Below are positions 50,701 to 63,760 of a stretch of 64,000 bases of DNA, piece after piece. Under the pieces are notes generated by a model, which made no database searches, had not been told where the DNA came from, and was given only the letters and a program-made list of their open reading frames with translations. A program made the translations under genes and the position numbers. Source of the stretch: Raillietiella orientalis (lineage: Eukaryota); assembly GCA_036172245.1 (NCBI GenBank), contig JAYWIR010000059.1:1-64000 (forward strand). Direction: 5' to 3'. Position 1 is the first letter of the stretch, and each line of letters opens with the position of its first letter.

Positions 50701-51500
50701 GACGGGATTCCTTCGGTGGAGTCAACTTCTGCGTGTTGTCTCCGAGGAACTCATGGCCCTGCCCAATGTCCGGACGCTTCTGCGTTCCCGCTGTTCTGGA
50801 AACAGGCCGTACTGCTCTTTCTGCACTGGAGATTCCAGTGCAGCGAGAGGCGGCACCCTCGTTTCCGCAGGGATTGCGTTCCCGAACAGTGCCAGGTGTG
50901 GGGTCGGCGGAGTCGATCCCGCACCTGTTTTCGAACTGCGGTGCCCTCTCCCAAGGACACCTGAGCGGAGGTCCGCATCAGAGCTTCTGTACCAGGAGGA
51001 CCCCGCCCGCGACCTGCTGCTGAGGCGGTTCTTCGCGTCGGAAAGACTGTCTCGAAAGGTGCGATGATCGCACCCATCGATTGCGTGCGCACCATCGTCA
51101 TGGTCAGCCATGTTCTGAGGACGAAGACGCAGCGAGGAGAGGTCACCGCCTATATGAAGACGACTACAGGAGGAAGACAAGGAGGAGATCGTCTGCATTC
51201 GGCTCCGGTTCTGAAGTGAAGGAAGGGTGAACGCCACTGACCCTTGTCTCCAACCTCCCATTATTATTTTTTCTCATTATTCACTTCCCATCGCTCCGCA
51301 CCTTTCCCGGTTTTTATATATTGATCCCTGTGCATACGGAGCGAATCCAAAGACCCTTGCGCCGTTCCCCCAGATTCCCTTTTTTTTTTCTCTCTCTTTG
51401 CGGTTCCCTCTTCCCTTTCCCGTTCCGGACGTTAAAATATCCCTACCTGCGCGTCGGTGGACCCTCCCTCTGAGCTTCCTTTGTCTTCGGTTGAGAACCA
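47780..51500 (+). mobile_element. Long decayed L1/Tx1-like LINE ORF2 (APE-RT-zf-RVT) ending in a family B 3' end
   Basis: Ordered remnants: LSMNL (47805), LLVGED (48306), DHP (48535), NVLDADFRL (49665), RHAED as a degenerate YADD (49900), and a family B C-terminus at 50820-51100 (YQEDPARDLLLRRFF) followed by a T-rich tail. Confidence 0.6.
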
Positions 51501-54500
51501 ACGTGTTCCCAACTGGTTCCTCTTTCTAAAATGAACGCTCCCGGGCGCTACTGGGTGGAAAGCTCCTGGTTGCCGTGGCTGCAACTGCAGCAGGAAGCGG
51601 GCCCTTCGACTGCCGCGGACTCAGCACAAGGTGTCGCGGTCGCGGCGGCGGTGGACGGGAGGCTCTCCTGGGAGAAGAAGCGACGCATCAGTGCAGTCGG
51701 CATCATCTTGAGGATGCAGGATGCCTGGAGCCAATCGTCCCTACAGCCCACGGAAGTCGCCGCAGCAGCTGATGAACGGGCGCGGACGCGATCTGGTGGC
51801 CCCACGCATGCCACGTCCCGGTGAGGTTCTCCACGTGGCGCATGCACTCGTTGCAAGGGAGACTCCATTGCAGGAGGAGCACCCCACCGCCTGAGGGGGA
51901 GCACCGAAGTGGTCGCTGCTGAAGGTCGAGGAGGAAACACTGCGATGGGTCAGACCTGATGTCTGAGCGACCTCGAGGGAGGGGCGGGGGATGAGCCTGC
52001 CGTTCGATTTGTGGGGTGGGTCTCATGGGATGTTCCTGCAGGAGGAGGAGCAGCAAAGCGCCTTCCGGGAGGCTCCGGTCTGCCCCGAACCTCCGTCCGA
52101 AGACCCCACGGAAGCGCGGAGTAGATTCCTCGGACTCGAGCAAAGGCCGTGTCCCGGATTGCAGACGCGAGGCCGTCGCGGGGCCTCTTCTTGTCACCGC
52201 ACAGAGGGTTCCCGCCCACGAGGTACCGCACGTTCGCGGGCGGCCACGGCAGCACCGAGCGAGCGGGCACGTGGCTGCAGTAGGTCCCAGGGGATGTCCA
52301 CCGGGTCAGCGAGCGGAAGGAGGAGGAACAACGAGGAATCGCACCTCTTCCGATTTCGCGGCCTGTCCGGAAGGGAGGAACCGTCCCGGGCAGGACGGGG
52401 GACTCCCACGAGGACAACTTGGGTCACTGACCTGGTGACGCGAAAGACCCCTGACGCGAGGGCAGGATCGAAGGTGCCCGTGTTCCGCCTCATGGTCTGG
52501 GTGATCGGGAAAGAGGGAGAGCTGGGAGGAGACCGCGCAAACAGTGGGGATCCTGCTGCTGCCTTTGCGTCCGCCGACTGCGAGAGGATGGAGGAGGGGG
52601 GAAGCTGGGCGCAGGATAGCTCGGAGGCTTCGCTCCCGACTCCAAGGCATGGCGCGCGAAGCGTGGTCCCTCCCTGGGGTGCGCTCCTCCGCTCCCTTCT
52701 CTCTGGTGCTGGTGGCCTTCATCGCCCTTGCTGCCCCACGTCCCGATTCCCTGGAGATGTCGTCAGCCTGGACCGTGCTCCACCCCGCCGCTGACGTGGC
52801 TCGTCGTTCCCTCGTCTGGGAGCTTTCCCGGCTTGGGATCCGAAGCGGCGGCACCTCAAGATGCGCGCGCTTAAGTCGTGTGAGGGTGAATTCCTCCGGG
52901 AGGCGGCGGCCCCCCGGGAAGCCGCCGCCAACTATGCCGTCTCCGTCTCGCTCCTGGGAGGACCACCACGGGGCAGTAGGCTGCGCGATCCTGGAGAGGA
53001 TGTCTGCTGGAGTTCCCGGTGGCAATCATCGCCCGACCATGCTTCAGAGAGGAGGAGGAGTTTCCGGGAGCTGCGAGATTTTTCGGATCCACCGAAGGCA
53101 TTCTGAGGGTTCTCCGCCGGCAGCAGCGCCTCCACTGAATGCTGCCGCCTCCTTCCCCCTTCCCCCTGAGCTCTGTGGACCTGGATGAGAGGGACGAGAC
53201 CCTGATTCCACCGCGCGCTCCCCGCTCGTCCTCGGCGCACACAACGGCCAGAACTGACGGGACACAGGAGATTCCCGGGGAGGGAAGGGAGCTCATCTGG
53301 GGCGGCATCTCCTCCCCCCCCTCCGGCAGGACACAGGAGAGGGAGCTGGAAGTCCTCCTGCCCCAGATCCCGGGCCCTTTCCACACTCAGACTTCCTCTC
53401 CGGGTCCCCGAGAGCACTGACTGCAGCGATCCGCCCTGGTGCTGCCAACCGCGCCCAAGGGAGCATGGCGGCAGTTGAGAGGAAGAAGCACACGCAGGGC
53501 GTGGCTTCCGCCGCTGCTTGCTGAGGGCCCGACCGGAGAGACGGGGGTAACGAACGGAGGGAAAGGGAGGGGAGAAGGAGGCGAAGGCCAAGGGCGTTTC
53601 TGAAACTGGCGCGCGCGCGCACAGGGAGGACGCTTCGCCGAGAATGGGAACAAAGGGGAGACTCAGGCGGCTGGGAGGCATCCGCTGCGGAGAGTCTGAC
53701 CTTGAGACGGAGGCGCGCAAGAGGAGAGGAGACTCCAGGGAGCAGAGACCCCTCTCCCGCGCCCCGAAGTAGCGAAGAGCAGTGGGTGGCGCGAGAGGAG
53801 GCGGGGAGGAGCACGGTAGCTGCGGGCAGGCTCCGTCGTCGCATCGGGAGGCACGCACCTCTTCCTCCCAGAGGAACACGCCGTCACGCGTCTTCCTTCC
53901 CCCCTCCGCCGCTCGTGGGTCGCCGATCCCCGAACGCTTTCTCGAATGCCGAGGTCGCCCGAAGCAGCAGCGGCGTCTAGTCAGATGCGACGCCACCCGA
54001 TCGGAAGATCCTCGCGAGTACGCAAGGAGGAAACGTCTGAAGCAGGGTCCCTTAAGTGTCAGGGAAGGAACAGAAACTGTCACCTTTCCAGGAGTGTTTC
54101 CTTGCTCCTACCCCTCCTTTCCACTTCCTTCTCTCTTCTTCCTGCTCTCTTCCTCTCTTCCTTCTCTCCTCCTTCCTCGTTTCCATTTCCTCCTTTTCTT
54201 TTTGCCTTTTTCGCGAGAATAGTCCCTGGGCCTGCCATCGCCCCTGCCTCCTGCTCCCTGAGCCGTTCTCTCCCTTCCCCCAGTTGCGTGCACCGATATG
54301 ACCCTGGGTGTTCGCGTCCCGGATGCCTCCTATGGTCCGGAGCGCAGAGGGTGCGTCTCCCGAATGCAGAGCCCTCCGGGAAGGGAACGACGCCTCGTCC
54401 GCGGCTGGTGACGGGTGGGAGGAAAAGTGTGGGAAGGGGGAGGAAAGGAAGTGGGATGCTATTGCGTCCCGGCGTAGAGGAATCCATGGCGTGCTCACCC

Positions 54501-55899
54501 TGCTGATGCCACCCCACGAGAGGCAGGACCGTTACCAGGACGACACAATCCTGGCGCGTGCTTCGCGCAGACTGCCGCGATTTTCAGCGATTTTCTGGCA
54601 TTCTCCCGTATCCCAGACGGGAATCGATAGGAATGCGGTGCGTCCAAGGCGCAGGAAGTCTCCAGAAATACCGACCCCAGGGGTAGTGGATGCGAGGGGA
54701 GATCTCCTGGCATCCGGCGGGCAGTCGGGGAGAGCCACCTATCTAGACGAGGTGGGAAGAGGAAAGGAAAAAAGGGAAGGGGAGGGGAAGGCGCGTGAAA
54801 CGGGTCCCTGGCATTCCTCCTCTCCTGGAATGGCGCTTCCGAGGCGTCTGCGAAACGTCCTCTCGGAGGTCACCCTCTCGGGAGATCGGCGGCAGCCGTC
54901 ACCTCCGAGACAGATTTGTTCCTTCGCGGCGGTGGCCCCGGAGGCAGGAAGAGGAGACGGACAGGATCCATCAGGTCTCCGAGAGGCACGGCGCCACGTG
55001 CGATTGCAGTGTCACCTCTCGCTCGTGCGCGCGTTCTGAGCGACGGTACCAGGTGGTACGGGGAGAGGGTGTGAGACTTCTCCCCTCCCCTCCCCTTCTC
55101 TCCTTCCCTTTCCCAGAACTCGCGCCCATCCCTGGAGCGAGGACCATTAGTCTCTGAGAGCAGGGCAGGATCGTCCCTCGTGAGGAGGGACGATCCCGCG
55201 CCCACAGCAGCAGCCGCATGAGGCAGCGCCTCGAGGGTTTTCGTAGGCGTTTGGAGCCGTCGTGGGCTTACCACCTCTCTTCGTTGCTCCAGAAGGAGCG
55301 GCCTGGAAGACCTGGGCATTCGTCGAGGGAGAGGACGGAAACGGAGATTCTGGACGCCAGGGAACTCCGATGCAGTGGTGAGTGAGGTGGAGGAGTTGGA
55401 AGGGAGGAAAAAGCTGGAGGGAAGAAGCGGGAAGGAAGAGCATCCGGCGACCGGCGGGGCCCACTGTGGCTTGTGACTTCGGGAGGCAGCAGCTGCCACC
55501 GAGGCGGCGCGTGCCACGAGGGGGATGGCGTCTGTCGGAGGTGCTCCCGGGCACCGGCCCGGTTTCGGTCGGCAGGGCGAGCGAGGGTTGTCCTTGCGAG
55601 GGTGCAGCTCCGGATAGAAGTGGCTCGCCGCTGGAAAGCTGCCGCTCTTCATCTCCCATGGAGCTGCAGAGAGAGAGAGGAAGGGAGGGGGAGGGGAAGA
55701 CGCAGACCGCCGGATCCCAGGTGCCACACGGGAGGGGCGCGCGGTTTGCTGCTCCAAGCCCGGGGGCGGGATGAGCCACTCCCTCGGAAGCTGCACCGCT
55801 CCAGGGGGCTCCGCTGTGGCGGAGCGGCGCGGTCGTCAGGATGGTCGCTCCACCTTGGGGTTTTCTGGTCAAAGAGATGGCAGCTGCTGAAAGGGCGGC

Positions 55900-58750
55900 G
55901 CCATCCTTGGAGCGTCTGATCCACTTCCGGAGAGTAGTCCCTTCAACCCCTCCCCCGCTGCGTTCTGGTATCAGCTCGATAACGACCCGCTTCTGGAGCT
56001 CTCTCAGAAGCGACGAGCGGTCCGCGAGGCTCAGCAGCGGGGATTCGCGGCTCCTCTCCCTTACTGCCTCCTCCTCCTCCCTTCAGCCGGAATTGGTGTG
56101 CTCACTGCTCTTCCAGCCGCCACGGGAGCCGCATCTTCCTTTACCCGAGGTGGTGGTTACCTGTGGGCACGACCCTGAGCGCGTGCTGCTACCTGGTGCG
56201 AAATGCTGACGGAAGGCTCCAACGGGCTCTGCTCGGCTTCACCCTGGACCTCCACCTCGTGATGCACTGAGGAGCTGGATCGTATCGAGCCCGTTGCCAA
56301 GCAGCAAGCTCCGAGGGCAGCAGGCGAGCGCTCGAAGACGAATGACTTCCTCCAGCGGCCGCCGGTGGCACCTTCCGAACCCGAGAACCCGGAAAGCGCC
56401 CACCCCCAGCTGCGGTCCATCATCTTTGCCTGGGAAAGCTTCCGAGAAGACTCGCAGGCCGTGACACGAGGGAGGTCAAATCTGCCGTTATTCCCCTCCA
56501 TTCCTTCTCTGCACCTACGTGGCCGCCTCGGAAGCGAATGCTCCTCCTCCCCCCTGATGGTTCCCTGTGCCCGCGGCCGTTCCCCGGTCCAAGATCCGCG
56601 TTCTCCTAGAGACGCGAGAGCCTTCGAAAAGGACCCTCGGAGGTCCGTCCCTTCACCACCCAAGCGAAGGTCCCCTCCCTCGGAACGTCATCTCCGGTGC
56701 AGCGTCGTCTCTGGGCTGCTGCTCCGCGTTGGACCCCGGCCCAGAGGGAGAGGGATGAACGCGGGTGTCCGAAGATTGGGACCTGTGGCGTACCCCCTCG
56801 GTCGAGCAGCCCTCCCCCAGTCTTCAAGATAAAGTCCCAGTCCCTCCGGAGATGTCTTGGAGCAGATGTGCCTTGCGCGGAAGACCACGCGCACCCTCCT
56901 GTCCTCTTCTCCTCCCCCTTCGAACCCCGATGGCGCTTCCGGCTGAGGGAGTCGACTGCAGCATCACACGAGGAAAATCTACACTTTCCCAGCCGCCGCT
57001 CGTGGCTGAAGAACGCGCCGGTGGACTTTGGCTTGTAGCTCGGGGTCGCTGCCTCGGGACCACCCTAAGGGATGCGTAAAGATCCCACCTCCCTAGTTGG
57101 AGGGAGCGGAAGCTGCGAAGCGTCCCGCGTTCCTCCGCAAGGAAGAGGCCCCCCGAGCAAGAGAGGACGAATGGTCTCCTCCGGCGACCGCCTCTGGAAG
57201 ATTCCGAACCCGGGATTCGAAAGGCACCCATACCCAGCTGAAGCCCATCATCTTTGGCTGCCCGGGAAAGCCGCCGAGAGGACTCGCAGGCCGTGACACG
57301 AGGGAGGTTAAGTCGGCTCGTTTCGCCTTCCTCCCTCTTCGCGCCGTGCGTCGAACGGGGCAGGCCGTCACCTCCCGGCAGGAAGCAGAATCCTCCCCTC
57401 TTCCTGGAGATGCCGTCTACTCCGGATACCCTCCGCGTACCTCTCCCTTCCTTATCTTTTTTTCCCACGTGATGCTGGAGAGCCTCGCCCCTACCCTTCC
57501 CCCGCTGGCAGGCGACCCTCGGAGCGAAGGCAGATGTCGCCAGGGTTCCCCTCGCCCGCGCTCCATCCGCTCGCTTCGCCCCAAGCGCCCTCTCCTGGCG
57601 AGGGACCCGCCCTCCCGGCTTCCATTTCGACCCGCCTCGCTGCGCGTCCTACGAGGGCATCAAAACGCTCCAGGGACGCGTCTCCCGACGAGCTGTGCGC
57701 TCACGCGCTCTCCACAGCGATCGCGGCTCCTGTGACGCGCGCGACGTGTCCCCCCGCTGCGGAAGGCATCCCTCCCTCGCGTGGCTCCCTCCTCTTCCTG
57801 CGAACCAGGAACGAAGCCTTCCTTTCGCGCGACCTCGCGAGGGAGACCTGGCACTAGCGGCTGGGGATGTAGGGGGACCATGAGGGGAGGTCGGCAGGAC
57901 CGTGGTGCAGACCGATAGCTGCTGGTCCTCACCACGTCACGCCGGCTACTCGCTGACCTACGGGGTGATGGTGAACCAAATTCCAGCGCAGACCTCCCTG
58001 ATTTTGATGGGATCCCGCAGCGGCTTCTTGCTCTGCTTGCCGGAGAGAGGGAGAAGGGGAATGGGGTAAGCACCTCTTCAGGTGACTCCCTAGCTCCTGA
58101 CCGGGCAGGTCCTCCCGCTGTGCCGCTCCCGTGACCTCCCAGCAGTTCGCCTCCACCCCCTCCCAGCCGTCGTCGCTGCACCTGTGACCGCTTCGAGGTC
58201 CTTCGCAGCACCCCTCGAGGGACCTCCCTGTCTCCGGAAAACACGTAAAGAAGAATGGGAAAGCACGTGGATAGGCCAAGGTCAGGAAGCCAGCGAAAGG
58301 CATCGACCCTTCCGGTTCGATCCGGAGAAAAAAAAATGCCGCAGGATCTGAAGAGCTTCAGCCTCCGGCGTCGGCGTCGGCGTCATCATCGTCGTCGTGA
58401 GCCCTCCCACGCAGTAGACACCAAACCTCCTCTGCTCCTTTGGCTATGAGGCTCGGCAGGTTAGGTCCAGATTCGTTTAGTTGGACTCTCCCATGATCGC
58501 TCCTGACTGGCCACTGGCAGGCGGTGAGCGTTGCCGAGGCAGCCACTGGTCCGTACCACGTCGCGCCGGCTACTCATTGACCCACGGGGTCACCTAAACC
58601 TGGAAATTCCATTCCCCGAGGGCCTCGGGAGCGCCCTTGAGCAAGCGACCAGGAGCATCCCCAGAACCGGCCTCGGATGCTGAGATGGTGGAGATCCGAG
58701 TAGATGCTTTCCTTCGCCCCTGTGGGATTCACCCCTACGTGGACATACCC
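55900..58750 (-). mobile_element. Two partly duplicated decayed LINE RT remnants
   Basis: AHDDD (YADD-like, about 58385-58400) preceded by an RGxxQ-like segment; GRFDLP and RLNLP (GGLxLP-like). Direct repeats at 56330-56520 vs 57160-57352 and 57930-57967 vs 58555-58590. Confidence 0.45.
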
Positions 58751-60765
58751 GTTTTCGGAGAGCACCGCAGAACCCCCCCCCCCTCCCCCGTTGCCTAGCG
58801 CCCCATCCCACAGACTCCGCGAAGGTGGCGACGGCAGCATCCCTCAGGGGGAGAGCCAAAACCGGTTCATCTCGAGAGTTCAATCTCAAGGTTCATCTCA
58901 AGCATCTGGAGGCTGCGTGGTCTCAGTTCGACCCTGGCTTTCTGCAGGATGGGGGAAGAGCACTCGCTTGGGTGACATTCCCCTCGACGCCCACCCTTCC
59001 CTCCAGAGGCGCGCCCATCTGTTTCCCTCGCCCCGCGAGGAATCTTCCCGAGGCCCATGTCCGGCATCGAAGTCCGGAGCCAGTTCTATGGCAGCGTCGC
59101 TGCGGAGCAACCCGTGCGTCCAGCAATTCTATTTTTAGCACAGAGAGCACGCTTTCTGTCCCGTCCCCAGCGGCTCAGACTGATACTCCGGAGGCTTTCC
59201 TTCCTTTTCATCTCTCCTTGCGTCCTCCCTTCGGGCAGTCTTGTTGGACCTCTCCTCCCTTCCGTCGGTCATGAGAAGGGTGGGTGGGAGGGGGAGGGAA
59301 CAGGCAGGTCTCCCCGCCGCCGCCGCCTCATCCTCCAGCAACAAACCTGTCCGCGAGATGGTCGTCCGCGGGGGGGCTGCGGGACGCCAGTTTCCCGCGT
59401 GTCCGGCAGTGCCCACGACCCGCCGCACAGGCCTGCCGGACGCCTCCTGGATCTTGGTAATGACGACGGCGCAGCAGCGGCGGTCCGTTCTTCTCCCTCT
59501 TCCCCTCCTCTTCCAGCCCCCTTTCTCCGGCCGTCTTGACCATAGTGGGAGGGATCGCTCGGTTCCCGTTCTGGCCTTCGGAAGTCAGGCGGACTGGAGC
59601 GAAGGCGGCGCCTCCGCGGGCGATCGCGGAGCTCGGTGCGCGCGCTCCCGAAATAGTCCCAAGGGCACCGGGAACCTTGGACGTGCTCACCGCCCCCGGG
59701 CAGTGTCCGCCGACGCGGACTCCCCCTCGCGTCTTTCCGGTCCCCCGCTCCTCCATCTCCCGGGTTGTGGTCGTGCGTCTCGGGAGAGGAGGAGGTCCAA
59801 AGGGACGCCTTGCCTCCCCCACCGCATCCCTTTCCCGTCCTCGCCGCCCCTCCCGCGCACGCTAGTCCTCTGTTTCCTGGGAGACGGCAAGCCTTCCCTC
59901 TGCCCTCCGCTGCCTCTGACACACGGAAGGCGTCCGCGAGACGAGTCGCGTGTCGCTGATGGCGGTGGGGACACGCCGAACGCCCGGTTCCTGAAGCGTG
60001 GACGGGAGCTCCTGGCATCTCCCTCCTCCCCGGGAAACGAAAAAAAAAGGAGGAAGGGGGAGGAGGAAGTCGGAGGAGGCGCTCGTTCTCCCGCCTCTTC
60101 CTCGAGAGGCAGGGGGTGGGCATGGGGAAGGAAGGATCGCCCCCCATCCAGCGACGAGAAACCGCGCACGAGAGAAGCGACTCGGCGGCTCCTCGCGGTG
60201 CGCGTGCGCGGCTCTGGGACGACTCTCCAGACGTGCCGATACCGTCAGTCGCACTCCGCGCCCGTTGGCGTGCGGTGCTGTGAATAGGGAGCGTGCCCGA
60301 CGGAAGTAGCGGTGCCTCCTCGCGCTGCGCGCACCAACGTAGGTTCCTAGAAGGCTTCCGCTCTCCTAGGAGGAAGAGGAGGATCTCGGGAAGAAAGAAC
60401 GACAGAGGAACAGGAAAAGGCAAGGAAGGACAGGCAGAGAAAAGACAAAAAGAGAGAGAGCGAGAGAGAGAGGGGGAAGAGGAGGAGGAGGAAAAAAAAA
60501 AGTGGTGCCCCCGGGAGACCGCGAGTCAAGATGGCGCCGTCACCGCCGGAAGGGAAAGCAGGACGCGGAGACGCGGAACGGGGCGCGGCGCCACGTAGGT
60601 TCCTCGAAAGCGGCCGCGGCGCTTTGGGGGCGGTGAAGAGCGCGCATCCGGCGGTGGAGGCGTCGGGTTTCTCGCGGGCGACCGGGAAGCAGCAGAGGCG
60701 CGGTGGACGAGGAAGCCGGGAGCAGACGCAGCCCAGTCCCGCCAGGGTCCCCCCGGAAGAGAGAG

Positions 60766-61776
60766 GTGAGTGCCAGTTTCGCTTGCGCGCTTTCGCAGAG
60801 AGGGTCGGTCGGTCGGTCGCCTGCGTGCACGCCTGCGCGGTCCTGGCGGATCGATAACGTAGGGCAGCCGAGCGCGCGAGCTACGCTCCTTCCTCGGAGA
60901 GTCCCTGGACCATCCCCGGTGTCCTTCGGCCTCCTAAACCAGGAATGTGGCTCCCCCCCTCCCCCTGCACAGACTCCTCCCCTTCCTGCTTGGAAAAAAA
61001 AGTGGGGTGGGCCTGTGCCTGTTCCTGCAGCCCGCTGTGCTGGACCCCTCCGTTCCTCCTGCTGCCCATCGCCTCTTTCTTTTCCTTTCTGTGATAGGAG
61101 CCGTCCCTCTCCTCTCCTACCCCCCAACGAGAGTGGTGCGCCGGGAGTCCCAAGGGACACTCCAAGCTTCCCTTCCTCCTGCTCCTCCCTTATCACCTTC
61201 GTCTCGCTGTTCTCGCCCGTTCCCTTCACCCGTTTCTCAGGAGGGGATCCACGTGCCCTTTTGGGAAGCCCCTCTCTAGATGATAGAGGGAGGGAGGTCC
61301 TTTTTAGGGTGGCGGTGGGGAGAGGGGGGAGGAGAAGACGGCAGAACGGCTCGAAAAGCCTTAGGGTGGGAGGGTTCACACCTCGCAGTAAAGGGCCGGC
61401 TGCCCTCCTCCCCCATCTCCTGCAAACCAAACTCCCCGGAGGGTGGTTTGGGGCGTAGATCGCGTCTCCGTCCCGGAGAAGGGGACACGCCGAAGAACGG
61501 CATGCTGTGCCCGCTGACTGCGGCGGGCAGGAGCGGGATGCGCCCTCCGGCGGCGGCGGCTGCGTCTTCCCCATCCACCCAATCCCTGGGGTTTCACTGC
61601 TTCTTCCTTCTCCCCACCCTCCACTTCGTCTCAGCGAGGGAGGAGGCAGCGGGAGGACAAGGAAAAGACAGGGACCGTTGCTCAGAGGTTCTCTCCCTCG
61701 TCCTTCCATCTCCTCCTTCTTCCCCGTTCCTCCTCCTCCCGCATCTAACCGTCTCTCTCTTCTCGCGTTCTTCCAG
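60766..61776 (+). other. Probable 5' UTR intron of the SLC35G1-like gene
   Basis: Donor GAG|GTGAGT at 60766; branch-like ctaac at 61745, a polypyrimidine tract, and CAG at 61774-61776. Confidence 0.55.
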
Positions 61777-61972
61777 GTGCGGAGTTTTTTTCCCGCCTCC
61801 AGGCCACGCGCCCGCCAGATCCCTCCCACGCGAGTACCGGCGCCGCGCGTGCTTTCGGACTGGAGTCGAGGGGGGGAGGAGGATGGCGGCAGCAGCGCGC
61901 GCGCGCACGCGCGCTCCCGGAAGGCGGGGAGCTGCTCCTGGGAAGTGACCGCGACTCGACCCGCTCCGCAGG

Positions 61973-63061
61973 ATGGGGAAGGAGGAGGAGGAGGCCGGGG
62001 ATGAAGGCGGCGACGATCCCCGCGTCGCGGAGACGTACATCCAGGCGGGCGGCGGGGAGGTGGAGGACGCCGCCGTCGTAGAGAACGGCGGCTACGTGAA
62101 GCTGAAGAACCCCCTGCGCTTCGCCAGCAGGATCCCTCATTCGGGCATCATCCTCGCCGCAGTCTCCAGCTTCTTCTTCTCCCTGTGCTCCGTCATCGTG
62201 AAGCACCTCAAGTACATGTCGCCACCCCAGCTGGCTACCTACCGCTTCCTGGGGATGTTTCTGCCCACTCTCGTCGCAGTCACCTGGATCAGGGAGAACG
62301 TCTTCCCGCTGCGCCTCTGGTGGAAGATCATCCTGCGAGGCCTGGCCGGCTCCTGCGGCATCGTCCTCCAGTTCTACGCCTTCCAGTTCCTCCCCCTCGG
62401 CGACGCCTCGGTCATCATCTTCAGCCTTCCGGTGTTCGTGTCAATCATGGCGCGGATCTTCCTGAAGGAGCCCTGCAGCGTCCTGAACATCGTGTGCATC
62501 GTCCTGACGACCTGCGGCGTGATCCTCATCATCCGGCCGCCCTTTCTGTTCCGGCTGGCCGGTGCAGAGGAGTACACCGACGAGGACCTCTACGGGGCGC
62601 TGGCCGCCCTGTGTTCTCTATTCATGGCGTCCACGTCCTACGTCCTGATACGGATGCTGCGCGAGATGCACTACTGCGTCGTCATGTTCGACTTCAGCGT
62701 GATCGGGCTGCTGTGCATGGTGGCGCAGACCGCCGTCACGCACACGTTCAGCCTGCCCCGGTGCGACTGGGACCTGCTGCTCGTCTTCGGCCTGGCGACC
62801 TTCAGCTTCCTGGCCCAGATCATGTTCACCAAGTCGCTGCAGATCGAGGAGGCCGGCGTCGTGTCCATCGCCCGCACCGTGGACATCATCTTCGCCTTCG
62901 TCTGGCAGAGCATCTGGTTCCAGGAGACGCCCAAGGCTCTCAGCATCGTGGGCTCCATCCTCGTGGCCGGCTCCGTCATCGTCCTCGGCCTGCGCAAGTG
63001 GATCATCGGCCTGCCCGAGGACTCCAAGACCAGGAGGTCGCTGCGCTTCTTCATGAAGTAG
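61973..63061 (+). CDS. SLC35G1: Solute carrier family 35 member G1-like (EamA/DMT transporter, two EamA domains), 362 aa, intronless CDS
   Basis: GIILAAVSSFFFSLCSVIVK, LRGLAG..FYAFQFLPLGDASVIIFSLPVFVSIMARIFLKEPC, GVILIIRPPFLF and QIMFTKSLQIEEAGVVSIARTVDIIFAFVWQ. About 10 hydrophobic segments; third codon positions are almost all G/C. Confidence 0.93.
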   Translation: MGKEEEEAGDEGGDDPRVAETYIQAGGGEVEDAAVVENGGYVKLKNPLRFASRIPHSGIILAAVSSFFFSLCSVIVKHLKYMSPPQLATYRFLGMFLPTLVAVTWIRENVFPLRLWWKIILRGLAGSCGIVLQFYAFQFLPLGDASVIIFSLPVFVSIMARIFLKEPCSVLNIVCIVLTTCGVILIIRPPFLFRLAGAEEYTDEDLYGALAALCSLFMASTSYVLIRMLREMHYCVVMFDFSVIGLLCMVAQTAVTHTFSLPRCDWDLLLVFGLATFSFLAQIMFTKSLQIEEAGVVSIARTVDIIFAFVWQSIWFQETPKALSIVGSILVAGSVIVLGLRKWIIGLPEDSKTRRSLRFFMK

Positions 63062-63554
63062 AGGGGCTCTCGCCCCTCCGCCGGACGCCGCAAAGGAGCG
63101 GAGGGGAGGAAGAGGGCGAGCCAGAGACAACAATCCCCGAGGGGCAAAGGCACCCTCATCCCCCCTTTCAAAGAAAACAAAACAAATAGAAAGGGGAAGA
63201 AAAGTCGAAAAAATGAAAAGGGTGAGGAGGAAGAAAGCGGCTTGGCACGTCGGGGAGGGAGAGAGAGGAACACGTGAAGGCCGCGCCATCGCGTTCCCTG
63301 GCGGTGCTTCGAAGAAATCCAAGCTCTTCTCCCACCTTTACACAGGGGAGTGACACTTCCCATCCCTCCCTTCCCCATCGTCTGTTGTAAGAACAAGGGG
63401 CGTGACGGTGACGCTGAATGCCTCTGTGACGCTCTCCGGAACGTTGCGGACGGACCGCGATTGCAGTCCACCTGGCGGCACGGCAGCAAGTCTTCCCGTG
63501 CTGCGCAACGGTGCGTAAGCGGCCGGCGTGTCTCCCGAACCAGAAGCGGGTCGC

Positions 63555-63760
63555 GCACGTGTATATATGGATGTACATAGGGGTACGTTCACCCGTATAT
63601 GCTTGCGTGCAGCTGCTGTACGTGCACCGATTCCCGATTCGTGCATGCATGTGTGTGTATGTAAAGCGTACGTGTTCCCATTTTATGTATGCATAGTTAG
63701 GCGAATACATGAATGCGTATGTGTGTATGTACATGTGTACGTTTGCACGCACGTACATTC
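63555..63760. repeat. Degenerate alternating purine-pyrimidine low-complexity tract
   Basis: Runs such as gtgcatgcatgtgtgtgtatgta and gcgtatgtgtgtatgtacatgtgtacgt. Confidence 0.7.

Noticed and set aside
47000..61900. Many long overlapping ORFs (up to 429 aa) on both strands
   Set aside because: R/P/G/S-rich translations with no domain or codon signal; expected from stop-codon scarcity at high GC.
62185..63558. Alternative-frame and antisense ORFs over SLC35G1
   Set aside because: Shadow ORFs produced by extreme GC3.
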